The notes under the pieces: generated by a model | Database searches by the model: none | What the model was told of the DNA's origin: nothing | What the model saw: the letters and a program-made list of their open reading frames with translations, nothing else | Translations under genes and position numbers: made by a program | Shown here: positions 13,991 to 26,062 of the stretch, piece after piece | Numbering within the stretch: the stretch's first letter is position 1 | Layout: each line of letters begins with the position of its first letter | Source of the DNA: Chiloscyllium plagiosum | Lineage: Eukaryota | DNA: 64,000 nt | Reading direction: 5' to 3' | Assembly: GCF_004010195.1 (NCBI RefSeq) | Contig: NC_057755.1 | Location: forward strand, 1,477,306 to 1,541,305

Positions 13991-15109
13991 TCAACAGTAC
14001 CCAGGCTCAAGGACGTTTCAGAACAACGTCAGCACATTTTCAGGAGAAGGGTGGATTGTGGGTGGGACAGGGGTGTGAGTGGGAAAGTGTGAAAAGAGAA
14101 GAGCCCGACGTCCTGGCTCCCATTGGCACCAAAAATATTTGTTGGCGAAATAACATTTCCGACTCGTGCATCCTGTCATAAATAATCAGTTATTTACAAA
14201 TGCATAGCCTTTGACAGTAGCTTTTCACTGAGTCAGATATTCAGCATCTCAATATCCCTGACATTCACCCTTTAGAATTAGCCAGGTATCCCTGATTGAC
14301 CCAGATTAACAGACCCAATCAGGGATTTCATATCCAATAATGTCCAGCTTCCCGAACTCATGGCAATCATTACCAGGAGAAAAAAACAATGGTATTCTGA
14401 AATTAGGTATTAGCAAATCGGGCAAAAAATTGAAATGCGGACCAATGGGCTACTCTGGGTCCCCATTAGGCAGAAGAACTTGTGGCTGGCAACACTGGTT
14501 CCAGGAGGAAGTGCTTTGGAAATCTCAATTATTAGAAATGTTTTGCAAGTTGCGGCGGTCAGAATACATTGCTTTTGTTTTGCTTTAATTGAATCGGGAT
14601 TGCTACTCAGCTGTGGAGACATGTTCCTGTTCTTGGGGAGTATTTAATCAGACCTGTTAGACGTTTCGGAATCTGGGATCAAACTTAGTTAGAAGGGAAA
14701 TGAAGGTGGCCGCGAGAAGTAAGCAATCTCTGAGTGAAAGAGAAAAAACAGCAGAATCACATTCTGGATCTCTTAAGATGTTGTGCTTCAGAATCCTAGA
14801 CTTCAGGATCAAACACTTCCCTCACGTGCCACACAGATGTAAGGACATAGTTCTTTACAGAGCATTTCTTTTTGACTTTCAGGAGATACTTACGTGTTAA
14901 GTGATATAGTTACTATCGAAACCCAACATTTTTTAATTTGATCTATATGATGATGTATGACCCTGGGAGGTAATGCAACGGGGAGGCAACTAATGGTGTC
15001 ATTGGACAGAGAAAGAACAAGGCTCAATGTTGACTTTTGAAAATTTGGGGAGATGAGATCATTCAGCAATAGCTTATCGGAAGGCAATTATTCTCGTCCC
15101 AACACTGAA

Positions 15110-15613
15110 TAAAACTGGAATTTATCTCTATTACTCTGCATTTCATCCATTCTCTATTCCACAGTATGTACTCGTCTCTATTATTCCGTGTACTATTTAC
15201 TCTCTTCTGTAGTGTTTATTCTCTCCCGATTACTAATTTTCTTTCAATTTCTCTCTCTCTGTATTTAAGCCCTTGTCAGCATTCCATCACCTCTATTCAC
15301 TACCTTGTATTTGCTCATCTCCCTATTCGTCTGTATTTAACCTCCACTATTATTTTTTACTCAAGACCATCGCTAGCTCTATTTGATCTTCTCTATTTCC
15401 TTGTGTTACCCATCTCTCTTCCTTTGTATTTAACCCTCTCCCTATTACTCTCTGTTTAACAGTGTTCCTATAATTTCCATTGAGGCGCCTCACAATTACT
15501 TACCATTGCGCCCGCTCTATGTAAATCACGAACCTTCACTCTGTATGCAACTTTCTTCCTATTACTTTCTAATTAGCCCGCTCACTATTACTCTTCATTT
15601 AATACACTCCACA
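15110..15613. repeat. Degenerate pyrimidine-rich minisatellite (unit ~TATTACTCTGTATTTAACCCTCTCC); continues at ~18960-19255
   Basis: Recurrent tattactct / gtatttaaccctctcc motifs on both sides of the ERV fragment. Confidence 0.6.
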
Positions 15614-16001
15614 TGAGGATCTGAAATCTGAATACATGCTGAGGTAGCTAGTTGTTGTCAGGAAGAATCACTTAATACATATTGCTACTAAATTAGGTGG
15701 AAATAAAATAGCGTCTTAACGCAAATAATATAACAAAATGGCTTCTGGACTGCAAATTGACAATTCTGCTTAAAGCAGCGTAAAATGGCCTTTAACCCTG
15801 CTAAAGCTGCATAATTGACTTCACCACAGTCTGTCTCAACAAAGATTAGCAGACAATGCTTCCTTCACAGTATTTGAAATAACGAAACTAGATAAGGCAC
15901 TACTGCCCATCCTAACTGACTTTTAAGTGCATTTGCAAAAACCTGGTCATGACATAAGAATAGATTAAGTTTTGAAAAACAAAGTTGGTTCCCATGAAAT
16001 A

Positions 16002-16196
16002 TTAGATTCGATTATTTAAATTGTGGAAACAGGCCCTTCGGCCCAATAAGTACACACCGACCCTCCGAAGAGCAAAACACCCAGCTCCATTCCCCTACAT
16101 TTAACCCTTCACCGAGCACTACGGGCAATTTAGCTTGGCCAATTCACCTAACCTGCACATTTTTGGTCTCTGTGAGGAAACAAGAGTACCCAGAGG
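16002..16196 (-). mobile_element. HE1-type V-SINE 3' half inserted in the ERV LTR
   Basis: gtggaaacaggcccttcggccc...ctacgggcaatttagc...aattcacctaacctgcacat matches the copy at 29512-29815. Confidence 0.85.
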
Positions 16197-16399
16197 TGTG
16201 GACAGATTGTGGGCAGCAGTTTAAGAACCTTGAGTCCTCCACTATTGAGTTTAGAGGAATCGGACAGATTGACGTGAGTATTTTTATCCCTTTGGTTTTC
16301 CTCTCATTAAAGTCGTGATTGACTCGACTCCTCATTGCTAATCATCTCAGTCCAGTCCGAGAAGGATTGGTCCTGGTAGGAACACATCCTAAAAGAAAC

Positions 16400-16880
16400 G
16401 GGTCTGGTACCCCAGGGATTCGGGAATTCCAGGAAGTTGGGGAATTCCACAATAAGGTCAGGGAGCAGTGAATAGAGTCAGGGTTTCTTAGGGAGGGGTT
16501 GGGTACTCCAGAGTTTCGGAGACTCCACTAACTGGTCGGGACCTGTGAATACAGTCAGGGCCTCTAAAAGGTGAGGGGCTGCAGACCCCAGGGAGTTGGG
16601 GACTACTACGAGTAGGACGGAAGCAGGTGACTAGAGTGGAAAACTATAAAAAGAGAAGGGTCAGAGATCCCAAAGAGTCCAGGACTGCCACTAATACGTT
16701 GGGTACCTGTGACTGGAGTGGGAGAATCTAAGAGAGGGGTCGTCAAACCCAGGGAGTCGGGGACTGCCACTAACAGGTCTGGAACTCCCACTAACAGGTT
16801 GGGAACTGTGAATAGAGTCGGGGACTCGAAATGTAGAGGGCTCGGTGAGTCCAGAGAGTCGGGGAATCCTGCTAACAAGT
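16400..16880 (+). repeat. Degenerate tandem repeat in the ERV leader
   Basis: Repeated gggact(c/g)ccactaa(c/t)aggt..gga.ctgtgaatagagtc.ggg units. Confidence 0.7.
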
Positions 16881-17086
16881 GGGGTTTAGCTTGGTTTGTC
16901 TTGCTTTGCTGCTCCGTCTTGTTTGGCTGCTCTGGTTTTGTTCTATTTGTTTTGGTGTTTGTTCTTTGTTAACGAAATATAGAGGGTGGTTGCTGTTTTT
17001 GTCGTGTTAAAAAGAGAAAGCTAGCCATTGATACAATTCTCACACACTTGGTTAAGCAGCAATGTATCACAGCCAGGATTTATGAT

Positions 17087-17130
<44 letters not shown>
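17087..17130. repeat. (GA)n microsatellite
   Basis: Direct reading. Confidence 0.95.
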
Positions 17131-17132
<2 letters not shown>

Positions 17133-19789
17133 CAGTGCTGATTCCCTGCAGCTTGCAGAAAGTTTAACTCTTTGAGATTTAGTTTGGATGCACAATTCCC
17201 TGTTGGTGAGTGAATGTTTGTGTTTTGATTCCTGGAGCTCGAGATCCGGGACTGTTTTTAATTTGATTTGCATTTTGGGAATTTAATATGATTTATTTTA
17301 ACGTTAAAAATTCATCAGTGATTATGAAATGAAATATTAGCCCCTGTTCTTCTTACAGGCCATGACTGCCCTCCTGTCAATTTCGATTCTACATCTTGTG
17401 ACATCAGTATAAACTTGCTCTCAATTTCCTCATTATTTAATGTTACTTCCAAAGATCATTTTCACCTCTTTCACCCCTACGTGTTGTACTCATGAAAGAA
17501 TTGACGAAAGGAAGTATAGAAGTCGTACTAAATCTGGGCCTCAGGTGCAGACTCATTCTGTTCCAAGATGAAAGCAGGTCTCTGCTCAATTTTAGTTATA
17601 ATCTAAACCTAACATTGAGGAAAATCATTCAGACTTTAACATTTGCTCTTTGAGTAGAAGAGTTGCATGAAACGTATTTAATTTAGCTAAATTTTGTAAC
17701 ACTGAAAGTATTATGATAGATCCAAATTATTCTAAACCAAATGATACCAGAGATTTAATTTTTGGTTCAGACTCGTTTATGTCCACTTAATTTTAAGACT
17801 GCTATGTTACATTTGTGATTATGATGTGCCAGCCGCAGCTTTATTTGATATCAATTCCCCCTCCTCAATGACAACTGAAATGTCATTGTGATTAATCACG
17901 AAACAAAATTAATATCCCATAGTTAATAAATGTGTTTTTGGATTCGGCCATTATTCGTGCATTAGAAGTGTTTTTTTGTTACCATGAGAGTATACACGAC
18001 GTTTTAACGTAGCTGCAGTCATTTCACGACCTATAGCATTGTAAATGAGCAATGACTGGTCAAGACGGCTTAAGGAACCTAATCTGAGATATACATTAAG
18101 GGTCAGAACAAAGTAAATAATGAATTTTAGAGTTGGGAACTGCACACATTTTTATTTTTTTAAATATTGACAACTGAATAAATGAATTTTAAGTTTATAT
18201 ATATGACTTTTAAAATGCCTTTGTCACTTGTTCAATTTCAAGCTCTGAATTACAGATAATGATTATTTTATTTACTATTTTAATATAATTAATTGTATTA
18301 GCTCTGAGTCACAAATTCAGAATTAATTGGCAGGATCGCTTGGTTTTATTCCTTTACACATTGTCAGTGACCCGTCTCATTGCCTCATGGTGATTTGAAG
18401 CATAACTGCATTAATTTGATGCTAACGAAAGAATGGAAAGATACAGTTGACGGAATTTTGCATGTGATTGGAGGATAGAACTATGAATAGCAGATGGAAC
18501 TCCCAAAAGCTGGGAGGTTTTGTGAATAGCTAGATGAAAATAATAAAAGGTACATGAGATGAAAAAATGAAAGGGCCATAAGAAACAGTGTCAGGGCATT
18601 AAGACTGAGGAATATACAAATGGGGTTAACACAACAACGCTGTAAAATAAATAACGTAGATTCTACTCAGAATCCTGAGCCTACGTCTGACATACGGACC
18701 CTATTTGAGGATAGGGATTTTGTTCCTGGATACCCGCTTCGTCCCTAACATCTCATGATTTTCCCAGCACACAACGCCCCCTCGAACAAAACGTTCCTTC
18801 TTTAGAAAATGAAGCATTCGGTCTTCATAGCCAATAATTTAGGTATGAGTGTCCTGCCCCACATCCTAGGAATTAGAGTAATGTTAATGAAGCATGCCCC
18901 GACCGCAAGAACAAACCGGCCCAATTTGCTCAATATCCCTGTCCCTGTGTCTCTGTAATCAAGACTCTCCACTTATTATTATATACTTCTCCTCCTATTA
19001 ATTTCTATTAAATTCCATCCCATTTCTGTCTTTAACCCTTCTTCTTTTCGTGTATTGAGCAGTCGACCTATTCCTCTCCACTTAACCCTCCGCAATTATT
19101 TCTTTATTCCTCTTCCCATTATTCTCCATTGAATTATCTTCCTATTGCAAATTTTAACCCTGGTTATATCTGAATTGAACCCTTTCTTTCCCCAGGTCTC
19201 TTTAATGCTTGCCCGCCACCCACCAACCACTTTCCAGTATATGTGTTTACTCTCTACAATAACCAGAGACCGGATGTCCCTGCCTTATCATTCCCCACCA
19301 CCGCTAACACTTGACCGCCGCTGCACGGTGCTGCCGCCCCTCTGGCCGGCGCTGGGATTGCAGATCCATCTCCAAGTGCTGGAGGAGCTCAGCAGCAGTT
19401 CCACACAGTCAGAGACAGTATCGCTGATTGAAAGACGAAAGGCACAACTTTAACATGAACTAGTACAGCATTGATATATAATTCGGAACAGCAACAAGAC
19501 ACAACGGGATTTACACACAAAAGTGAACAGTTCTAATATATAACAATATTTGGATGGAAGATTGAACATCTCCAATACTAACATTCTTTCAAGTTTCATT
19601 GCACAACAATATTGCATGTGAACACAATCAGCTCTAATACACAAGAATATTTTTACAGATCCAAGCAGCACCAACATATAACAATACATTGTGTATATTA
19701 TACACGTAAAACATGATATAACGTGTATATGAATGACGTGCAGGAAGGAAGTGAATGCACTGTTGCCAAATAAGCAGATGATACAAAGT

Positions 19790-20570
19790 TGGCACATGGT
19801 ATGCGCTGATTTAGGAGTGGGGATGGTGGTGGTCTTCTTGAAGAGGATGGGGGAATCAGCTTGTTGGAGGTAGAGGTTGAACATGTCGGTGAATACCGTT
19901 GTCAGTTGGTCTGTGCAGGATCTAAATGCATGGCCACATCCTCCATCCACGCCCGTCGCTTTCCTTGTATCAACTCTCAGGAAAACTGTTTTGAGGTGTG
20001 CAGTGGTGAACGAGGTAACAGGTGTGTCAGGGGCTGTTGGGGCAGGCGCCACTGTGCCAGGGGAATTCTGCTCAAATCAAGCAGAAAAAGCATTAAGCAC
20101 CTCAGGAATAGATGTGTCTTTGTCCACTATCTTGCTCTGCTTCATTTGTCATCCCAATATTGGCAATGTTAGTCTGTTAGATATGTATGGGCTCTCGTGT
20201 GGTCTGGTACTCTTTTCTGGAAGCTCTGATGAGTATGTGGAGGTCAGATCTGGATTCCCAGTATTGGTCTGGCTCTTCCTACTTAAAGGTTGGCCGTCTG
20301 GTCTTCAGTTGGGAGTGGATTTCCTGGTTCACCTGAAGTCGACTTTTGGGGAACACTCTAATTGACTTTCACAGTACACAATTCTCCATGCATTTGCTAC
20401 TGATGTCCGTGAAGGTGGTTACCCATCCAGGTTTTCCGCTCAGTACTTGAGCACGATCCAGCCCACCAATTCCAAGCAGTCCCAAAGACTGTCGTTCACA
20501 ACCCCAGACCAGCATTGTACTTCCTTTTGTGAAAAATCCTTTCATTTCAGCTTCTGCTTATAAGTTGTTT
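19790..20570 (-). mobile_element. Rex1/Babar-type non-LTR retrotransposon fragment (pre-RT region)
   Basis: ORF 19450..20052 contains FLRVDTRKATGVDG..AFRSCTDQL..VFTDMFNLYLQQA..P..FKKTTTIP.PK, typical of Rex1/Babar KAxGPD...IFNLSL..PTCFKxTTIIPVPK. Confidence 0.8.
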
Positions 20571-20720
20571 CCACATGCAGGAGAAAGTAGGATCTGAGGA
20601 CACAGATTCAGAGTGAAGGGACGACCTTTAAAACAGAGATGAGCATGACTTTCGTCAGCAAAAGTGCGGTTAATCTGTGGAAATCATTGCTGCAGAATGC
20701 TGTGGACACCAGGATGAGTG

Positions 20721-21375
20721 TGTTATGATGCTGCTTCATTACCATTGTTGTGTTGTCCTTGTCTTTTTTTTCCTTAAAGTGTTTGTAAATGCAGGGGTTC
20801 CGGGGTGTCTAGTTCGCGTGGGTTGTAAGACCAATTTCATGATAACTAACTGAAACTGCCCCAGGAAAAAGGCTTTCAAGTACAAAGAAAATGAAAGGGG
20901 AGTGGCCAATTTTCTCCGTTCAGCTTTTCTCTGGTCTTGTTTAGTTTGGTGTAGTGTTAGCAAGCAGTCAGTTTTTCAGACTGCTGGAAAAAGGAACAGA
21001 GACATGGAAGAAATTGTCCCATGCTGAATCTCTCCCTGACATCTATCCTGTAACAGGGTGTGGTTTATTTTACCTGTTGTTGCCAAGAGTTGTTAATGGG
21101 AAATTTTGCAGTAATTTGGAACAATTATTAAGTTAAGATCGTCTATTGCGCTTTCGGATAGTTTACATTAGTCTGTATACTGCTCTCTTTTGTTTGTGTT
21201 TCATCTGGTACTCTGTAAATAAGTGCTGTTTTATTAAAAACTGTGGAATATTGACCAGTTCCATCACTCCCGGAATATCCAGTGTACACCTGCACAAAAC
21301 AAGTTATCTCAGATAAGTTAGGGTCTGGGCTACCGTTTTGAAATGATTTGAGAGTGACTGGAATGTTCGATAATA
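20721..21375. mobile_element. Probable solo LTR (Gypsy-type) splitting a CR1 3' fragment (20590-20720 and 21376-21530)
   Basis: Begins tgttatga and ends ...gataata (degenerate TG..CA ends); the flanks are consecutive parts of a CR1 3' end. No clear TSD. Confidence 0.45.
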
Positions 21376-22080
21376 AATTTATTAAAAATACAGAGATATG
21401 GATTCCTGATTGGTCAGGGGATCAACAGCTATGGGGAAAAGGCAGAAGAATACAAATGATCAAATGCCAGAGTGACTCGATGAAATGCATAGTCTAATTC
21501 CGCTCCCACACTGTATGGCCTAATGATCCAACATGTAAGAATATTTATATGTGGACACAAACACCTTTAATATTGCATCATTGATACAAACATTCACGGA
21601 AGCACAAGAATCCTACCTTTCACTAAATATTCCACTGTCATGTTTCGTACATTAGGCTTAGGTCCTTGAACTGAAGTAACAGTTCAGCTCTCAGAGTGCA
21701 GGAAGTACAGGTACTGATTTTAGATATATCCCAGTTTGCCAGAAATACAATTTTGAGAGCATCTTGACGTGCTCCCCGGTCCACATGTTCTTTTACAGGA
21801 GACGGAGTCTCATGATCAGACAGAGACAGAACCATAACCAAAGTGTCACATAAACACACTCACACTTGCTCACACACATACACATATAGGCAGAAACACA
21901 CACGCACTCCCTCACGCAAGCACGTACTTATACACGCAGAAACACACCCTTACACAGACATATAGTAAAAGTAAGATATAGGAACATACTGACAAACAAA
22001 ATTACACATAACCGTACATATATGCACAGACACACAATTAAACAGTCAAACTGAAATGTGGGAACACATCTATACAATGA

Positions 22081-22377
22081 CGGCACGGGCACAGTGGTTA
22101 GCACTGCTGCTTCATAGCACCAGAGACCCGGGTTCAATTCCCGCCACAGGTGACTGACTGTGTGAAGTTTGCACATTCTCCCCGTGTCTGCATAGGTTTC
22201 CTCCGGGTGCTCCGATTTCCTCCCACAGTCCAAAAATGCACAGGTTAGGTGAATTGGCAATGTTAAATTGCCCGTAGCCTTAGGTGAAGGGGTACGTGTC
22301 TGGGTGGGTTGCACTTCGGCGGGTCGGTGTGGACTTGTTGAGCCGAAGGGCCTGTTTCCACACTGTAAGAAATCTAA
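22081..22377 (+). mobile_element. HE1-type tRNA-derived V-SINE, near full length
   Basis: A box gcacagtggttagc, B box ggttcaattccc, V-domain ctgtgtgaagtttgcacattctccccgtgtctgc, CR1-like tail gaagggcctgtttccacactgta. Confidence 0.9.
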
Positions 22378-22574
22378 ACGACAGAAACTTCCCCGCACCC
22401 TCACAACACACACAGGAGTACTATCAGGTTGCAGAAGTGGGTACACCTACTCAAACATGCGCATGCACACATACACACCCAGAAAAACAGAAATGCTGAG
22501 ACATAGAGGAACGCACCTAAGTGCAGACAGAATACAAATACATCCATACATAAAGAAGTACAGTCATACTGATG

Positions 22575-22780
22575 ATTTACAGATGCTGATGTTGGACTGG
22601 GGAGTAAACAATTAAAACTTACGCAACACCAGGTTGTTGTCCAACCGGTTTGTTTGGAAGCACTAGTTTTCATATTGCTGCTCCTTCATCACCTGATGAA
22701 GGAGCAGCACTCTGAAAGCTCGTGCTTCCACATAAACCTGTTGCTGTATAACCTAATGTTGTGTGATTGTTAAAACTTAT
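22575..22780 (+). mobile_element. Penelope-like-derived inverted-repeat element (second family) with hammerhead motif
   Basis: Imperfect palindrome centred near 22690 (ctccttcatca/cctgatgaaggag); a related truncated piece lies at ~10100-10212. Confidence 0.7.
22690..22724 (+). ncRNA. Minimal type I hammerhead ribozyme motif
   Basis: CAC-CTGATGA-AGGAG-CAGCA-CTCT-GAAA-GC-TC-GTG: intact core, helix II, palindromic helix III region, CUC cleavage triplet, helix I CAC/GTG. Confidence 0.7.
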
Positions 22781-23498
22781 ACTGGCATATCGGAACAAAT
22801 CTACATATACGCACATGCGCATACACGCACGCACGCGCACACACACACATATTCGCATACAAACAAATTGACAGAGAATGGAACACACTCATGTACGTGC
22901 CGAATGCAGACATTGTTACACACACAGACACAGTCATATACTGAGCTATAGGAATACAACTCCACACTGACACAGATTCACACCCACAGAGTCACTCACA
23001 GATATAAACGAACTGAGAGTAAGAGACATTACAGACAACCTGCAAGAACTGACAGAAACGTCTTCTGCACACAACAAGTACATTCAAACACATTTACTGA
23101 ACCACAAACACAATGATATATAGTCAGCGAGGCACAGAGAGATCCTGCTGGGGGCACAGAAAGACAGTGACACACGGACATACAGCCAAACGCAGTCTGA
23201 ACAACACACTCACCTTGTTAAAATTGAGCACAACCAGGCAGAGACATACCCCGGACTCCCACAATAATACACTGACACTCAGTGACATACAGACTCAAGT
23301 CATAGATACATCATGGATTGCTGACCGTAACGCATGCACACACGCGCGAACACACGCATACACATACAGGCAAAGCCAAACAGTCATAGGACTGTAACCC
23401 CACAAACAGCATACACACAGGCACAAGCATAACAGACGCACATGTGCAAAATGCACACAGATACGCAATCACACAGGAACAGTAACATAAACTCACAT

Positions 23499-24031
23499 AA
23501 CGCAAGTAACATAAAGGAACATAATAAAATGTATTTTACACTGTGTTTAAAAAGGCTTTTCATCCTGTTCAAAGCTGCATTCCTGAGCTAACTGAATAAA
23601 AAAAAAGCAAACAATGTTCCCTTCACAGTTTGGAATTAACTAAGCTAGATAGGACGTTACGAACCATCCTAGCTAACCTTGGAGTCGCGAGTGCAGAGAG
23701 ATAGCATGTGCAAAACAACGTTGGTTCCCAGGAAATACCCTTGGGTTAACCTGCTGTCCATAACGTCATTTTATTACACTTTGTTGGATTTACTCTGTAA
23801 TTACAATTACACTATTTCTTAAGAATCATTTTAAAATTGTCGTTGTTTCAAGCTACTCTGCGCAGTTTAGCCAAGGAACACAGAAGATTTTAACCTTTGT
23901 GTTGCTGCGTAACCTGTGTCCGGATGATACTGACTAAATCGTGAAATCTTGCTGAAGCAGACCGAATTCCTCGTGTTTATTTGACAGATCACGGAACCAA
24001 GAGACCCCTCCCCAAGGGGTAGGGATCTTCA
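23499..24031 (+). repeat. ERV 5' LTR (5'-truncated)
   Basis: Colinear with 30785-31331; ends GATCTTCA directly before the PBS. Confidence 0.9.
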
Positions 24032-24033
24032 TA

Positions 24034-24052
24034 TGGTGCCTATGACTCGGAT
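24034..24052 (+). promoter_or_regulatory. Primer-binding site, tRNA-His
   Basis: TGGTGCCTATGACTCGGAT versus canonical His PBS TGGTGCCGTGACTCGGAT, 2 nt after the LTR end. Confidence 0.85.
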
Positions 24053-24725
24053 ACGACACGGCGGGATTGTGGACAGCAGTAAGACCTTTGAGTCCTTCAC
24101 TATTGAGTGTCGAGGAAACGGCCACCGAGACATGAGGTTTTCATATCCATCTGGTTTTCGTCTCATTCAAGTAGTGCTTGACATGACTCCCGCTGTCTAT
24201 CATCTTATTCCAGCTCGTAAAAAATCAGTGTCCATAATTTTGAAAGTAGGGGAACCAAGATAAAGAGGAAAAAAAAAAGGAAAATGGGAAGAAAGATAGG
24301 ATCCTATGGAAGTTGGAAACTTCCATTAATACACCGGGGATCCATAAGCAGTGTTGGGAATTCTGAGAAATTAAAGAGAAAATAAACTAAAGATGTCAGA
24401 AAAGATAAGATACGATCGAGAATCCTATGGAAGTTGGGAACTTTCATCAGAGTTGGGACCTCTGATTAAGGAGAAAAGATATTAGCAGATCGGAGATCTG
24501 TAAGCAGAGTTGGGAAATCTGATTCAGTCGGATTTGCATAATTTAAATTATTACTTAAATTGTTTGGTGACATAAGGATGTATCTATCGCAATACATTAT
24601 AACATGGTTAAGGAAAGTCGATAAGGGTCTGTGGAAGTTGTGGATGTCGATAAATTGTTGTGTGTTGACGGGCTGTTAAATAGTAAAAGTTCTGAGTCGG
24701 GACTATAAAAGGAATGTCGTTTAAG

Positions 24726-25680
24726 ATGGGTAATACTACAAGTGTGAGAAGCTTCTGGAAAAACATAACAGTCTGCAGAAGCTTTTGGTGCCTTAAAAAA
24801 GATATTAGGTGATGAGCAGTGGCCACGATGTAGCCCTAAATGTAGCTATTTGGTTAAATTGGCACAAAGAATAATTAATTAGATTGTGGTAGCAAATCTC
24901 TGACGCAAACCACAAAGAATCAGTTTTGTGTAAATGGCAGGATGCTGCCAACAAACTGGGAATTGAATTAACTCACGTTGGTAGCATGAAATCGATTGAC
25001 GTCCTCAAAAATGAATGTGCTTGAGTGAAACATCAATGGAAACAAAAGGAAATGTCGCCGGTGACTGGTAGTCAAATGTTCAATGGCTGGACACGCATTA
25101 CTCTTGTTGTTCGTTGTATCTGTCATATCTGTTCGGCTTGGTTGCCTTACTTTGCTGCTTTTTTTTAGGTTTGTTTACAGTTTGTTCTTTGGTTATGCAA
25201 TTTCAAGGGTTGTTGCTGCTTTTGTTACGTTAGAAAGAAATGAAAGCGAGCCAAGGACAAAAATTCTGTTCGAAATGCTGTAACAAATCATGCTATTCGG
25301 CCTAAAAGATACTAGTGTGAGTACTCAACAGGGTTCTAGTTTCCAGACAGAAAGTTCTGTTGAAAGCATCTTAAGATTTACAAAATTAGTAATACAGAAT
25401 TTGCTTGCCTAGGGATATGACAGGTGAAGCCCCATTTGATAAGCCCTGGACCCACGATGAGGTCCGCGTCAGGCTTCAAAATGCCCCCGAACGTTCGAGT
25501 GCCCAACATTAGCTTTAATTGGCTAGTAAAAATGTGCTGTAATTATTGCTGCTTGCTTCCGGATGTTCAAAACTTTAATAACTTTGGCATACAGGAGACA
25601 TTGGACAACTATTAAAGATTCCATTGTATTTCCTTTGGGTTGTGTGCGAATGGAGAGGCATGAAAAGCTTGCCTTGAAAG
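24726..25680 (+). pseudogene. gag: First gag-like region (matrix-like start plus capsid-N-terminal-like motif), decayed
   Basis: ATG at 24726 encodes MGNTTS (MGxxxS myristoylation motif); frameshifted LKKILGDEQWP; at 25441 KPWTHDEVRVRLQNAP followed by FNWLVKMC..Y..LLPDVQ. Confidence 0.55.
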
Positions 25681-25871
25681 TATTGTTAGAATTGCAAATG
25701 TAATGGCTGAGAGGCATTTCGATTTTGCTCACTTGGTTAAACAGCTATGTGCCACAGCTAGGATTTATGAGAATAAACTCCCTAACGTTGACTGTTTCGA
25801 ATTGTGAGCGTCTCATTACCCTTACCAGAAAGGAGTAAACGAAAGTTAAAAACAGAGAGATGAAATTGTTC

Positions 25872-26062
25872 GTGTGTGTGTGTGTGTGAGAGTGTGTGAG
25901 TGTGTGAGTGTGTGAGTGTGTGAGTGTGTGAGTGTGTGTGTGAGTGTGTGAGTGTGTGTGTGTGTGAGTGTGTGAGTGTGTGATGTGTGAGTGTGTGTGT
26001 GAGTGTGTGTGTGAGTGTGTGAGTGTGTGAGTGTGTGAGTGTGAGTGTTTGAGTGAGAGAGA
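25872..26062. repeat. (TG)n/(TGAG)n compound microsatellite
   Basis: Direct reading. Confidence 0.95.

Larger units (their letters stand above)
15614..18936 (+). mobile_element. Truncated endogenous retrovirus (partial LTR, leader, gag 5' part), related to the 23500-31331 provirus
   Basis: Starts TGAGGATCT like the LTR at 30706. 15780-16000 matches the LTR, 16200-16350 matches 24060-24220, and 17040-18936 matches 25730-27560. Ends in the capsid-like PDRKNKPAQFAQY. Confidence 0.8.
21840..23500. repeat. Degenerate CA-rich low-complexity tract hosting SINE and Penelope-like inserts
   Basis: Pervasive cacaca/cagaca/catata runs. Confidence 0.8.

Noticed and set aside
16400..16880. Repeat array considered as CRISPR-like
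   Set aside because: Degenerate tandem units without unique spacers, eukaryotic ERV-leader context, no cas genes.
22081..22150. tRNA-like A and B boxes
   Set aside because: SINE head, not a tRNA gene; it continues into the V-domain and LINE-derived tail.
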